The notes beneath the pieces were generated by a model. It did no database searches. It was given only the letters and a program-made list of their open reading frames with translations, and was not told where the DNA came from. This document shows, in pieces, positions 27,124 through 36,374 of a stretch of DNA of 55,881 nt. Within the stretch, counting starts at the first letter, position 1. Each line of letters starts with the position of its first letter. Location: NCBI GenBank assembly GCA_036351155.1, contig JAZBOO010000374.1, positions 1 through 55,881 of the forward strand, in the 5' to 3' direction. The position numbers were made by a program, and so were the translations under genes. The DNA comes from Candidatus Krumholzibacteriia bacterium. Lineage in GTDB: Bacteria > Krumholzibacteriota > Krumholzibacteriia > LZORAL124-64-63.

Positions 27124-27654
27124 ATGAACAAGTATCCACGACCCACTGCGGGCCTGTACAACCCATACTTCGACCGGTACCTCGACCTGGTGGACACCGG
27201 CAACGTTCTGGGCCTGCTGAAGAAGCAGGGCCTGGAAATCATGTACTTCCTGCGCGGCCTTTCCGAGGAGCAGGGCAACTACCGCTATGCCGAGGGCAAG
27301 TGGACGGTCAAGGAAGTCATCGGCCACCTGATCGACATGGAGCGCATGCTGGCTTTCCGTGGCCTGTGGATGGCCCGAGGTGCCAGCTTTCCCCAGCCCG
27401 AGGTCGATGAGGACGCCTGGGCTGCGGTCAGCAATGCCGCGACTCGTCCCTGGCCAGAACTCTGGCGTGAGCAACACGTGGCGCGGACCGATCACGTCTA
27501 TCTCCTGCGCAGCCTGGACGAGGCAGCCATTGCGCGGGTGGGGGAAGTCAACGGCCAGCCTTTTTCGGCCGCCGTGGTGCCCTGGATCATCGCCGGGCAC
27601 GAGCGGCACCATCTGGATGTTCTGTATACCACTTACGGCCTGAAGCAAGGTTGA
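27124..27654 (+). CDS. DinB-family (DinB_2-like) four-helix-bundle metalloprotein
   Basis: KWTVKEVIGHLIDMER near the N-terminus and IAGHERHHLDVL at the C-terminus, the His-triad pattern of DinB/YfiT-like proteins. Confidence 0.7.
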   Translation: MNKYPRPTAGLYNPYFDRYLDLVDTGNVLGLLKKQGLEIMYFLRGLSEEQGNYRYAEGKWTVKEVIGHLIDMERMLAFRGLWMARGASFPQPEVDEDAWAAVSNAATRPWPELWREQHVARTDHVYLLRSLDEAAIARVGEVNGQPFSAAVVPWIIAGHERHHLDVLYTTYGLKQG

Positions 27655-27689
27655 TTTGCGCCCTGCGGGTCCAGATGGTAACATTGGCG

Positions 27690-27719
27690 GGGGAAGGGAA
27701 AACCCTTCCCCTGTTTCTT
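27690..27719 (+). terminator. intrinsic terminator closing the rib-dinB transcription unit
   Basis: GGGGAAGGG-aaaa-CCCTTCCCC perfect 9-bp stem followed by TGTTTCTT. Confidence 0.65.
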
Positions 27720-27798
27720 GCGCATCGTATCGGGCGAAACGCGTCCGGGCCTCTGCGGAAGCACCTGTTCCCCGCGATCTTTGACAGGAGAATAAACC

Positions 27799-28320
27799 TT
27801 GGGCAAGCGCAGAAAAGGCCGGGAAATCGTGTTGCAGGCATGCTACGCCGCCGCGATCAGCGGCGCCAAGCTGGATGACACGCTGGAAGATCAGTTCGCC
27901 CGAAGGACCTCCGCCCCGGAAACGGTCACCTTCGCCCGTCGCCTCATGGCCCTGATCCGCGACCACCGGCAGGACCTCGACGTCAAGGTCAAATCCATCA
28001 TCAGCAAGAACTGGAACCCCGACCGCCTGGGCGCGTTGGAGAAGGTCATCCTGACCATGGGGGTGGCCGAACTGGTGTACAGCAAGGATGTGCCGGTGCG
28101 GGTGGTGATCAACGAATGCCTGGAATTGACGCGGCGCTACTGCGATGAAGACGCGGTGCCCTTTGTCAACGGCGTGCTGGACACCGCCGCCAAGAAGGTT
28201 TACCCCGACGGCATTCCCACCCTGGACGGCCACGTTTTCGAGGAAGAAATCCCGGACGACGGGCCCGAGGAAACAGACGAGCTGGATGCCGATTTCGGCC
28301 CGGACAAGGATCTGCATTGA
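27799..28320 (+). CDS. nusB: transcription antitermination factor NusB
   Basis: RRKGREIVLQACYA...LDRLGALEKVILTMGVAELVY..DVPVRVVINECLELTRRY..FVNGVLD. TTG start 7 nt after AGGAGA. Confidence 0.88.
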   Translation: MGKRRKGREIVLQACYAAAISGAKLDDTLEDQFARRTSAPETVTFARRLMALIRDHRQDLDVKVKSIISKNWNPDRLGALEKVILTMGVAELVYSKDVPVRVVINECLELTRRYCDEDAVPFVNGVLDTAAKKVYPDGIPTLDGHVFEEEIPDDGPEETDELDADFGPDKDLH

Positions 28321-29141
28321 GAACTTCGACCCCCGAACACTGGCAACGCTTCTGGGAGCAGGCCGACACCCTGGATCTGGACGATGTCTACGGGACCGAT
28401 GGCCGCATGGTGCGGGAAATCTGCGCGGCCCTGGACCCGGCCGGGACCGGGGACCTGACCGGGCGCCGCATCCTGGAGGTGGGGGCCGGCACCGGCCGTG
28501 ACGCGGTCACGCTGGCCGCCATGGGAGCCGAGGTCCTGACCCTGGACTACGTGCAGGGATCCCTGGGGCTGACCCTGAAGGCCGCCGGCCAGGCCCAGGT
28601 GAAGGTGGCTGCCATCTGCGGCGACGGCATGGGCTCTCCCTTCGCCGACAATTCGTTCGATGCCGTGTTCCACCAGGGGCTGCTTGAACACTTCCGTGAC
28701 CCTTTGCCCATGATTCGCGACAACCAGCGCATCCTCAAGCCGGGCGGGTGTGCGGTCATCGACGTGCCCCAGACTTTCCACTACTACACCTTGGGCAAGC
28801 AGTTGCTGATCGCCCTCGACAAGTGGTTCGCCGGCTGGGAAACCCAGTTCACCATAGCCCAGCTGGAAAAACTGGTCCGGCAGGAGGGCCTGGAGGTGGA
28901 CCGCAGCTACGGAGACTGGATGGTGCCCGGCCTGTGGTATCGCGCCCTGCGCAAGATCCTGCTGACCCGCCTGGGTGTGAAGCTGCCCATGTTTCCCGAG
29001 CCCGTGCCTTTCCTCGCCCGTCTGGGAGAATCCTGGCGCCGGGCCTTCGGGCGCACCCGGCTGTCTCTGTACACCACGCCGACCATCGGGGTGATCGCGC
29101 GCAAGCCGCTCAAGGGCGGTCAGCCGGAGGCGGGAAGCTGA
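28317..29141 (+). CDS. class I SAM-dependent methyltransferase
   Basis: ILEVGAGTGRDAVTLA (motif I), FDAVFHQGLLEHF, LKPGGCAVIDVP. The TTG start overlaps the nusB stop (TTGA). An internal ATG (MVREI) is an alternative start. Confidence 0.8.
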   Translation: MRTSTPEHWQRFWEQADTLDLDDVYGTDGRMVREICAALDPAGTGDLTGRRILEVGAGTGRDAVTLAAMGAEVLTLDYVQGSLGLTLKAAGQAQVKVAAICGDGMGSPFADNSFDAVFHQGLLEHFRDPLPMIRDNQRILKPGGCAVIDVPQTFHYYTLGKQLLIALDKWFAGWETQFTIAQLEKLVRQEGLEVDRSYGDWMVPGLWYRALRKILLTRLGVKLPMFPEPVPFLARLGESWRRAFGRTRLSLYTTPTIGVIARKPLKGGQPEAGS

Positions 29142-30271
29142 GAATCCTCGCGGTCAACTGGCGGGACATCCGGGATCCCCTCGGGGGCGGGGCCGAGTTG
29201 CACCTGCACAGCATCCTCAAGGAGGCCGTGGCCCGCGGCTGGGAGGTGGACCTGGTCTGCTCCCGGTACAAGGGCGCCCCGCAGCGCGACACCATCGACG
29301 GCGTGAACATCTTCCGGCATGGTCACTGGGCCGTGGCCAACTTCGTGTTGCCCGGCCTGGTCAAGAGGCTGCTGTCGGCCCAGCCTTATGACCTGATCGT
29401 CGAGGACATCAACAAGATCCCCTTCTACACTCCGCTTTACGCCGGCGATACTCCGGTGCTGGCCGTGGTGCCGCACCTGTTCGGCGCCACCGTGTACCGG
29501 GAGGCCAATCCCCTGGTGGCCACCTACGTGTACCTGGCGGAGAAGCTCATCCGCTGGGTTTACCGGGATGTGGATTTCGAGGTGATCAGCCCCTCGACTC
29601 GCGACGATCTGATGCGGCGCGGTCTGAAGGGGGATCGCGTGACCACCATCTATTGCGGGATGGATCACGCACGCTTCACCCTGGCCGATCCTCCTCCTCG
29701 CGATACCACGCCCCTGGTGGTGGCCTGGAGCCGCCTGCGCAAGTACAAGAGCAACGACGTGGCTCTGAGGGCCTTCGCGGAGATCCGGGTCCAGATGCCC
29801 GAGGCCCGCATGATGGTCCTGGGGCGCGGCCCGGACGAGAAGCGACTGCGCCGTCTGACCACACGGCTGGGACTGGACGATGCGGTGGAATTCAAGGGCT
29901 TCATGCCCTGGCAGGAACTGGTGGAAACGCTGCATCGGGCGCACGTATTCCTGAATCCCAGTCCCAAGGAGGGGTGGGGGTTGACGGTGATCGAGGCCAA
30001 CCAGTGCGGACTGCCCGTGGTGGCCAGCGATCGCCCCGGCCTGAAGGATTCCGTGCGGCACGGGGAAACCGGAGCTCTGGTGCCCTATGGCGATCATGCC
30101 GCGTTTGCCCGGGAAGCCCTGTTGTTGCTCAACGATCCGGATCTGTGGCGGCAGCGCAGCGAGGCGGCCCGCCGCTGGGCCGCGACCTTCAGCTGGTCGC
30201 GCTGTGCCGAGGAATCCCTGGACCTGATGACCCGGGTGGCCGGGCGGGACCGACCGGAGCTGCGCCCATGA
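29138..30271 (+). CDS. GT-B glycosyltransferase (GT4-like)
   Basis: RILAVNWRDIRDPLGGGAELHLHSILKEAVARGWEV (GT4 N-domain) and C-domain PSPKEGWGLTVIEANQCGLPVVASD. No ATG/GTG/TTG lies upstream of the domain in frame. The nearest candidate is CTG 29138, overlapping the MTase stop (CTGA). Confidence 0.75.
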   Translation: MRILAVNWRDIRDPLGGGAELHLHSILKEAVARGWEVDLVCSRYKGAPQRDTIDGVNIFRHGHWAVANFVLPGLVKRLLSAQPYDLIVEDINKIPFYTPLYAGDTPVLAVVPHLFGATVYREANPLVATYVYLAEKLIRWVYRDVDFEVISPSTRDDLMRRGLKGDRVTTIYCGMDHARFTLADPPPRDTTPLVVAWSRLRKYKSNDVALRAFAEIRVQMPEARMMVLGRGPDEKRLRRLTTRLGLDDAVEFKGFMPWQELVETLHRAHVFLNPSPKEGWGLTVIEANQCGLPVVASDRPGLKDSVRHGETGALVPYGDHAAFAREALLLLNDPDLWRQRSEAARRWAATFSWSRCAEESLDLMTRVAGRDRPELRP

Positions 30272-31272
30272 ACCGCACCGGCACCAGCCCTCGTGATGTA
30301 GGCGTCTTCCTGGCCAAGCTGGCCGTGTCGGCGGTTCTGATCACCGTCGTGGTCCGGCGGTTGTCCCTGGACGAGATCCGCCTGGCCATGTCCGCACCCC
30401 ACTGGGGCTGGCTGGTCGCCGCCCTCGGTGTCTATGCCCTGTCGGCGGTGGGCGGCGCCACGCAATGGGCCTGGATTCTCCGCGCTGCGGGGATCCAGGC
30501 ACCGGGGCGGGAAATCCGCCGCCTGTACTTCATCGGCCTGTTCTTCAACAACTTCCTGCCCGCCAATATCGGGGGAGACGCCTACAAGATCGTGGACCTG
30601 GGCCGCCGGGAAAAGCGCGGGCTGGGCGTGTTTGCCGCGACGGTTCTGGACCGACTGATGGGGCTGGGGGCGTTGACCTTCCTGGCCATCCTGTTTCTGG
30701 CCGCCGCCTCGGTGGCGGGGATCGAGCTTCCCGCCATTTCCCTGTTGCTGGTGCCGGTCATGTTTCTGCTGGCTGTCCTGGCCAGCTTGCTGATCTCCCG
30801 CCGCCTCGGTCTGGTGGTGGGCGGAGCTCTGCGGCGCCTTCACCTGACCGGTCTGGCCGACCGGATGGAGCACCTGTCCGCGGAATTTGTCCGTTTTCGC
30901 CAGCAGGTCCCCTGGCTGGGGCGCATTTTTCTTTTCAGCGTGCTGGTGCAGGGCTTACGGCTGTTGACCCACCTGGTGGTGGCCCGGGGCCTGGGTTTGC
31001 CCCTGGATTTCAGCCAGATGGTCCAGCTGATGGTCCTGATTCCCATGCTGGCGGTCAGCCTGACCCTGCCCGTGGCCATCAACGGCATCGGATTGCGTGA
31101 AGAGATCTCGGCCAAGCTGTTGACCTGGGCGGGGTTGACCGAAACCCAGGCGGTGGCCATGGAGCTGGTGGCCTTCCTGGTGATGGTGGTTTTCAGCTTG
31201 CAGGGAGGTCTTCTGCTGTGGCTGGGACGGTGGGGACGAAATCCCCGCAGCTCATCCGGATCTCCCGAATGA
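30268..31272 (+). CDS. UPF0104 / LPG-synthase-TM-like 'flippase-like' polytopic membrane protein
   Basis: About 8 hydrophobic spans. FFNNFLPANIGGDAYKI motif typical of this family. The ATG overlaps the GT4 stop (ATGA). Confidence 0.7.
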   Translation: MNRTGTSPRDVGVFLAKLAVSAVLITVVVRRLSLDEIRLAMSAPHWGWLVAALGVYALSAVGGATQWAWILRAAGIQAPGREIRRLYFIGLFFNNFLPANIGGDAYKIVDLGRREKRGLGVFAATVLDRLMGLGALTFLAILFLAAASVAGIELPAISLLLVPVMFLLAVLASLLISRRLGLVVGGALRRLHLTGLADRMEHLSAEFVRFRQQVPWLGRIFLFSVLVQGLRLLTHLVVARGLGLPLDFSQMVQLMVLIPMLAVSLTLPVAINGIGLREEISAKLLTWAGLTETQAVAMELVAFLVMVVFSLQGGLLLWLGRWGRNPRSSSGSPE

Positions 31273-31345
31273 GGTTTCGGCCGGAACCGATTCAGAGCAC
31301 AGTTGTTACCTGCCCGATGGTGTGTTATTTTTTCAATCGGATTGA

Positions 31346-31392
31346 CCGGGTTTCGTCGTGAACGAGGGCGTTCATGAAACCCGGCCGTTTTG
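31346..31392 (+). terminator. hairpin plus short T-tract (possible attenuator/terminator) just before the DUF2723 gene
   Basis: CCGGGTTTC (31346-54) / GAAACCCGG (31376-84) with inner GAACG/CGTTC, then CCGTTTTGG. It sits inside an otherwise gap-free array, so its function is uncertain. Confidence 0.3.
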
Positions 31393-34353
31393 GTGTCTTG
31401 CCCATCCCGCAAAGGTGTTGACTTGAACAAGCAATGGTATCTCCGGCCCCAGGTGCTGGTGGCGGCCGGGATCTTTGTCCTGACGCTGGCCGTTTACACG
31501 GCCACCCTGGGCCCCACCACCGATTTCTGGGATTGTGGTGAATTCATCACCACCAGCCACATCGTGGGCGTTCCCCACCAGCCGGGGACACCGCTCTACG
31601 TCCTGGTGGGTCGGGTGTTCGACATCTTCCTGGGCGACGCGGACATCACCCAGCCGGCCATGCGCACGGCCTGGGCCATCAACTTCATGAGCGCCTTCTT
31701 CAGTGCCCTGGCCGTCATGATGCTGTACCTGGTGATCTGGGAGCTTGCCCGCCGCATGCACCCTGATTCCGGGGTTTTCGCCCACCTTGGCGGGGCCGTG
31801 GGGGCCATCTTCCTGGCCTTCTCCGACACCTTCTGGAACAACGCCATCGAGGCCGAGGTCTACGGGCTGGCGGCCTTCATGATCATCCTGCTGACCTGGC
31901 TGGTCATCCGCTGGTATGAGCACATGGCCCACCCCGGCAGCAACAATCTGCTGCTGCTGATGATCTACCTGCTGGGTCTGGGCGTGGGCTTCCACCTGGG
32001 ATCGGTCCTGGTTTACCCCGGCATCTTCATCCTGGTGTTCCTGATGAGCTATCAGAAACGGGCCACCTTGCCCTGGGTGGATCTGCTGATCATGAGTGGC
32101 GGGCTGGGCATTTTCCTGCTCAGCACCATGCACCGGGAAAACGGTCTGATCCTGGGTCTGCTGGCGGTTTACCTGCTGGTGGTGGTTTTCCGGGCCGTGA
32201 CCGGGCATCGCTTCGCTCTCTGGGGCAGCGCTCTGTTCTTCCTGGGGCTCACCGTGCACATCATGATGCTCATCCGGGCCGGTGCCAATCCCGAACCATT
32301 CATCAACCAGACCGCCCCCGACAATTTCGAAACCCTGATGTCCGTGATTCGCCGCGAGCAGTATCCCACCCTGAGCAGCCTGGATCGCAAGGCGCCCCTG
32401 GCCTTCCAGTTCGGGTACTACTACAAGTTCCTGCTCAAGCAGTTCTACTTCCTGGGTGACGGGACCAGCGCCCTGTCCGTGGCCTCGACCCTGATCGGCC
32501 CCCTGCTGCTGGCGGTGGTGGGGCTGGTGCAGGGACTGCGCCGCATCTTCCCTTTGATGCTGGTGCCGGTGGTGAACTACATCTTCAACGGTGAGATCCT
32601 GACCCTGGTGCTGAACTTCGCCAACCCCGAGGTGCGCGACCGGGATTACTTCTACTTCGCGGCTTTTCTTTTCGTGGCCATTTTCATTGGCCTGGGCGTC
32701 ACCGCCCTGCTGCGTTTCTACGTGGGCAAGGAGGGGTTGTCGGCCGAGGCCATGAAGAAGGCCGGCCAGGCCTGGCGCTCCGCCACGCAGATCAAGCCCA
32801 CCGGGCTGGTCCTGGTCTCGGCGGGCGTCCTGCTGGTCATTTCCCTGGCGCCCATCCTGCCCAGTCACCAGAAATTCTTCGAGCATGACCGCAGCGAGAA
32901 CCGCATCGCCTACGAGTACGCCTGGAATATCCTGGCGGGGCTCGATGACAATGCCATCATCTTCACCAACGGGGACAACGACACGTTCCCCATCTGGTAC
33001 CTGCAGGCGGTGGAACATTTCCGGCGCGATGTGACGGTGGTCAACCTGTCGCTGATCAACCTGCCCTGGTACATCAAGCAGCTGAAGAATGCCGACCATC
33101 CCCTCGATTTCGGAATGACCGAGGAGGAAATCGACGCCATCGATGCCCGGGCCCGGAGATATCAGGAGATGTTCCGGGATCTCCGCACCGGACGCATTGG
33201 CTTGCGGTTGCCCCGGTCGGACACGCAGATCGAGGCCATGAGCCAGGCCGAACGGGAAAATTTCCTGCTGTCCTGCATCTGGGAGCTGAAGAATGGCGAT
33301 CACCGCAAGGTGCTGCGGTCGGCACCGGTCAGCCCGCAGCCTTCGCGCTACGTGCAGTCGGTGCTGTATGAGTCCCTGCTGGTCAAGGACTACATCCTGC
33401 CGCGCATCATCGCCACCAATCAGGACAACCTGCAGCGCCCGGTCTTCTTTGCGGTGACCATCCCGCAGGAAAACATGGACCGCTGGTTCTCGCGACTGCA
33501 GATGGAGGGCATGGCCTATCGCTTGCTCGACACGCCGTCGGAAGACGGTATTCCCGTCACCGACGCGCGCAAGGTCCTGGAAAACATGCTGGGCGTGTAC
33601 CGGATGGATGCGCTGATGGACGGTAATACCGCCGAACGTCAGTCGGCCTATGCCGAGATGGCCGGGCTGGCCGGCGACCAGGGGCAGCTTATCCTGGGAC
33701 AGGAGGGGCGCCAGCTGAGCTCCGGCGATCTCTCCAGGCTGTCGGGGATGTTCGGGCAGAAACGCCGCGACGTGTTCCGGAACCAGAATGCCACTCATCT
33801 GCTGGGGAACTATCCGGCCGCGTTCAATCGCGCCGGGTACGAATCCTACCAGCTGGCCAACGAGGTGGCTCTGACCGACACGGCCGCTTACCAGCGCTAC
33901 CTGGACGATGCCATGGTGGCCTTCGAAACCTGCCTGCGGGTGGAACCCTTCAACCCCCAGGCCATGGAATTTTACCCCCTGTTGCTGGTGCAGGCCTACC
34001 GCGACAACGAGGCCAAGGCCTTCCTGAGCTCCCTGGCCGGCAACGTGCCCTGGGAAACCGAGCAGCGCATCGTGGTCAGCACCATCCAGGGTTTCGTGCG
34101 CGGCGGCGTGACCAGCCTGGCGCTGGAGTGGGTGGGCGAGCAGGTCTCGGCCCGGCCCGAGCGTCAGTTCTACCGGCAGTTGCTGTTCAGCATTTATCAG
34201 TCCCTGGGGAGGGTGGCCGAAGCCCGCATGGTCATGGATGAGTGGACGGCCTACCACGGTTCCGAGGATCCGGAAATGCGCCGCGGCTACGAAGAGATGT
34301 TGCAGCAGGCGCCGCCGGCTGCACAACCGCCCAACAACAACCCGGGGGAATGA
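31390..34353 (+). CDS. DUF2723-family GT-C-fold glycosyltransferase (TMEM260/PMT-like) with C-terminal TPR region
   Basis: VYTATLGPTTDFWDCGEFITTSHIVGVPHQPGTPLYVLVGRVF is the DUF2723 signature N-terminus. More than 10 TM spans, a large periplasmic region, and TPR-like helices at the C-terminus. Start uncertain (TTG 31390 / GTG 31393 / TTG 31423). Confidence 0.8.
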   Translation: MVSCPSRKGVDLNKQWYLRPQVLVAAGIFVLTLAVYTATLGPTTDFWDCGEFITTSHIVGVPHQPGTPLYVLVGRVFDIFLGDADITQPAMRTAWAINFMSAFFSALAVMMLYLVIWELARRMHPDSGVFAHLGGAVGAIFLAFSDTFWNNAIEAEVYGLAAFMIILLTWLVIRWYEHMAHPGSNNLLLLMIYLLGLGVGFHLGSVLVYPGIFILVFLMSYQKRATLPWVDLLIMSGGLGIFLLSTMHRENGLILGLLAVYLLVVVFRAVTGHRFALWGSALFFLGLTVHIMMLIRAGANPEPFINQTAPDNFETLMSVIRREQYPTLSSLDRKAPLAFQFGYYYKFLLKQFYFLGDGTSALSVASTLIGPLLLAVVGLVQGLRRIFPLMLVPVVNYIFNGEILTLVLNFANPEVRDRDYFYFAAFLFVAIFIGLGVTALLRFYVGKEGLSAEAMKKAGQAWRSATQIKPTGLVLVSAGVLLVISLAPILPSHQKFFEHDRSENRIAYEYAWNILAGLDDNAIIFTNGDNDTFPIWYLQAVEHFRRDVTVVNLSLINLPWYIKQLKNADHPLDFGMTEEEIDAIDARARRYQEMFRDLRTGRIGLRLPRSDTQIEAMSQAERENFLLSCIWELKNGDHRKVLRSAPVSPQPSRYVQSVLYESLLVKDYILPRIIATNQDNLQRPVFFAVTIPQENMDRWFSRLQMEGMAYRLLDTPSEDGIPVTDARKVLENMLGVYRMDALMDGNTAERQSAYAEMAGLAGDQGQLILGQEGRQLSSGDLSRLSGMFGQKRRDVFRNQNATHLLGNYPAAFNRAGYESYQLANEVALTDTAAYQRYLDDAMVAFETCLRVEPFNPQAMEFYPLLLVQAYRDNEAKAFLSSLAGNVPWETEQRIVVSTIQGFVRGGVTSLALEWVGEQVSARPERQFYRQLLFSIYQSLGRVAEARMVMDEWTAYHGSEDPEMRRGYEEMLQQAPPAAQPPNNNPGE

Positions 34354-34354
34354 C

Positions 34355-35416
34355 GTGGACCTCAGCGAGCGCAAAGAGATCATCGCCGGATTGCCCGACA
34401 AGGTGACCGCCATCCTGGCGCCCGGTGCCGCCACGGTGGTCACCGGATGTGCCGGTTTCATCGGCAGCACCTTGACCGAGGCCCTGCTGCAGCTGGGATG
34501 CAAGGTCACGGGCGTGGACTGCCTGACCGATTACTACGACACGGATTTGAAGAGGGAAAACCTGGCGGGGTTTGCCGACCATCCGGACTTCACGTTCCTG
34601 GAAAAAGACCTGAACGACCTGGATCCCGTGGATCTGCTGACGGGCAAGGTGGCCTGCTTTCATCTGGCTGCCCAGGCTGGTGTGCGGGCCAGCTGGGGTG
34701 ATTATTTCAGCGAGTATCTGGCCCGCAATGTCATGGCCACCCAGCGTTTGCTGGAAGGGGCCAAGAATCCACAGGTGGCCGGCACCCTGAAGCGCTTCGT
34801 GTATTCCAGCAGCAGCTCGGTGTATGGCGACCAGCCGGAACTGCCGGTGACCGAGCAGGCCCTGCCTCAGCCCCGCTCTCCTTATGGCGTCACCAAGATG
34901 GCTGCCGAGCACCTCTGTGTGCTGTACAGCATGAACTTCAAGGTGCCTACCAGCAGCCTGCGTTACTTCACGGTGTTCGGACCGCGCCAGCGGCCGGACA
35001 TGGCCTTCCGGATCTTCATCGAACGGGCCCTGGATGGGCAGCCCTTCGAGGTCTTCGGCGATGGCTCCCAGACGCGCGACTTCACCTACGTTGGGGATGC
35101 CGTGCGCTCGAACCTGCTGGCGGTGGCCTGCGACCGGGACTGGGAAGTGTTCAACACCGGCGGCGGCAGTCGCATGGTGTTCAGTGATACGCTGGACATG
35201 CTGGCTGACCTGCTGCGGGCCCGGGTGCCCGGGATCGATCCCGTGGTCACCTACACGGCCACGGCCAAGGGCGATGTGAAGGACACCTTTGCCGATCGTC
35301 AGCACGTCGAAGCGGTGATCGGTTACAAGCCCACCCTGGCCTTCGCCGAGGGACTGGCCCGCGAAGTCGACTGGGCCATTGCCCGGCGACAGGACCGAAA
35401 GGATGCCGGTGTCTGA
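34355..35416 (+). CDS. NAD-dependent nucleotide-sugar epimerase (UDP-glucuronate/UDP-glucose 4-epimerase-like SDR)
   Basis: VVTGCAGFIGSTLTEALL (GxxGxxG), SSSSSVYG, SPYGVTKMAAE (YxxxK). GTG start 1 nt after the upstream stop. Confidence 0.88.
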   Translation: MDLSERKEIIAGLPDKVTAILAPGAATVVTGCAGFIGSTLTEALLQLGCKVTGVDCLTDYYDTDLKRENLAGFADHPDFTFLEKDLNDLDPVDLLTGKVACFHLAAQAGVRASWGDYFSEYLARNVMATQRLLEGAKNPQVAGTLKRFVYSSSSSVYGDQPELPVTEQALPQPRSPYGVTKMAAEHLCVLYSMNFKVPTSSLRYFTVFGPRQRPDMAFRIFIERALDGQPFEVFGDGSQTRDFTYVGDAVRSNLLAVACDRDWEVFNTGGGSRMVFSDTLDMLADLLRARVPGIDPVVTYTATAKGDVKDTFADRQHVEAVIGYKPTLAFAEGLAREVDWAIARRQDRKDAGV

Positions 35417-36374
35417 TTCCCTGCCCGTCTCTGCGCCCGACGAGGTGCGGTGCGATATCGCCGTGGTGGTCCCGGCCTTCAACGAGGCCGAGAGCCTGCC
35501 CGAGCTGGTGGATCGGATCGGCACCACCCTGGCCGGCATGGGCCGCTCCTACGAGGTGTGGATCATCGATGACGGAAGCACCGACGCCACCTTCGCCGTG
35601 GTCGAGGAACTGGCCCAGGCCAGGCCCCAGGTGCACGGACTGTGCTTCGGCCGGAATTTCGGCAAGGCCGCGGCGCTGGCCGCGGGGTTCGAGGCGGCAG
35701 CCGCCCGCATCGTGGTGACCATGGATGCCGACCTGCAGGACGACCCCGCCGAGATCCCGGCCCTGGTGGCCCTGATCGAGAACGACGGCTGGGACCTGGT
35801 GTCGGGCTGGAAACAGGACCGCAAGGACAGCTTCATCAAGAACAACACCAGCAAGGTGTTCAACTGGTTCACCAGCCGCATGTGCGGCCTTTCCTTGCAC
35901 GATTTCAACTGTGGCCTCAAGGCCTACCGGGGTGAGGTGACCCGGCGGGTCAAGCTCTACGGAGAGATGCACCGCTACGTGCCGGCGCTGGCGCACCTGG
36001 ATGGTTTTCGGGTCACCGAGATGCCCGTCAAGCACTTCGCCCGCAAGTACGGCCAGACCAAGTACGGGATGGACCGTTTCGTCAACGGCTTCCTGGATCT
36101 GCTGACGGTGTACTTTCTGCATGCCAAGCAGGCCTCGCCGCTGCACTTCTTCGGTCGGCTGGGGCTGGGATTCCTGACGGTGGGCGGAGCCATCAGCCTG
36201 TACCACCTGATCTACTGGATCATGGGGCACGCCCTGCGGCCGCGGCCCAGCTTGATCCTGGGCCTGGTGCTCATCGTGGTGGCTTTCCAGTTCATCAGCC
36301 TGGGCCTGATTGCCGAGCTGGTGGTGGCGGTCCGCAATCCTGAAACTGGCTATCGAGTGGCACGCCGTGTCTGA
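35403..36374 (+). CDS. GT2 polyprenyl-phosphate glycosyltransferase (GtrB/CsbB/ArnC-like, C-terminal TM pair)
   Basis: VVVPAFNEAESL, IIDDGSTD, RNFGKAAALAAGF, TMDADLQDDP, then two C-terminal TM helices. This is the architecture of lipid-P-sugar synthases. Confidence 0.85.
   Translation: MPVSDSLPVSAPDEVRCDIAVVVPAFNEAESLPELVDRIGTTLAGMGRSYEVWIIDDGSTDATFAVVEELAQARPQVHGLCFGRNFGKAAALAAGFEAAAARIVVTMDADLQDDPAEIPALVALIENDGWDLVSGWKQDRKDSFIKNNTSKVFNWFTSRMCGLSLHDFNCGLKAYRGEVTRRVKLYGEMHRYVPALAHLDGFRVTEMPVKHFARKYGQTKYGMDRFVNGFLDLLTVYFLHAKQASPLHFFGRLGLGFLTVGGAISLYHLIYWIMGHALRPRPSLILGLVLIVVAFQFISLGLIAELVVAVRNPETGYRVARRV

Noticed and set aside
25138-28317. 1059-aa ORF antisense to ribBA-ribH-dinB-nusB
   Set aside because: It spans four well-supported + strand genes and two intergenic regions including a terminator. 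It has no recognisable domains and is a GC-driven shadow frame.
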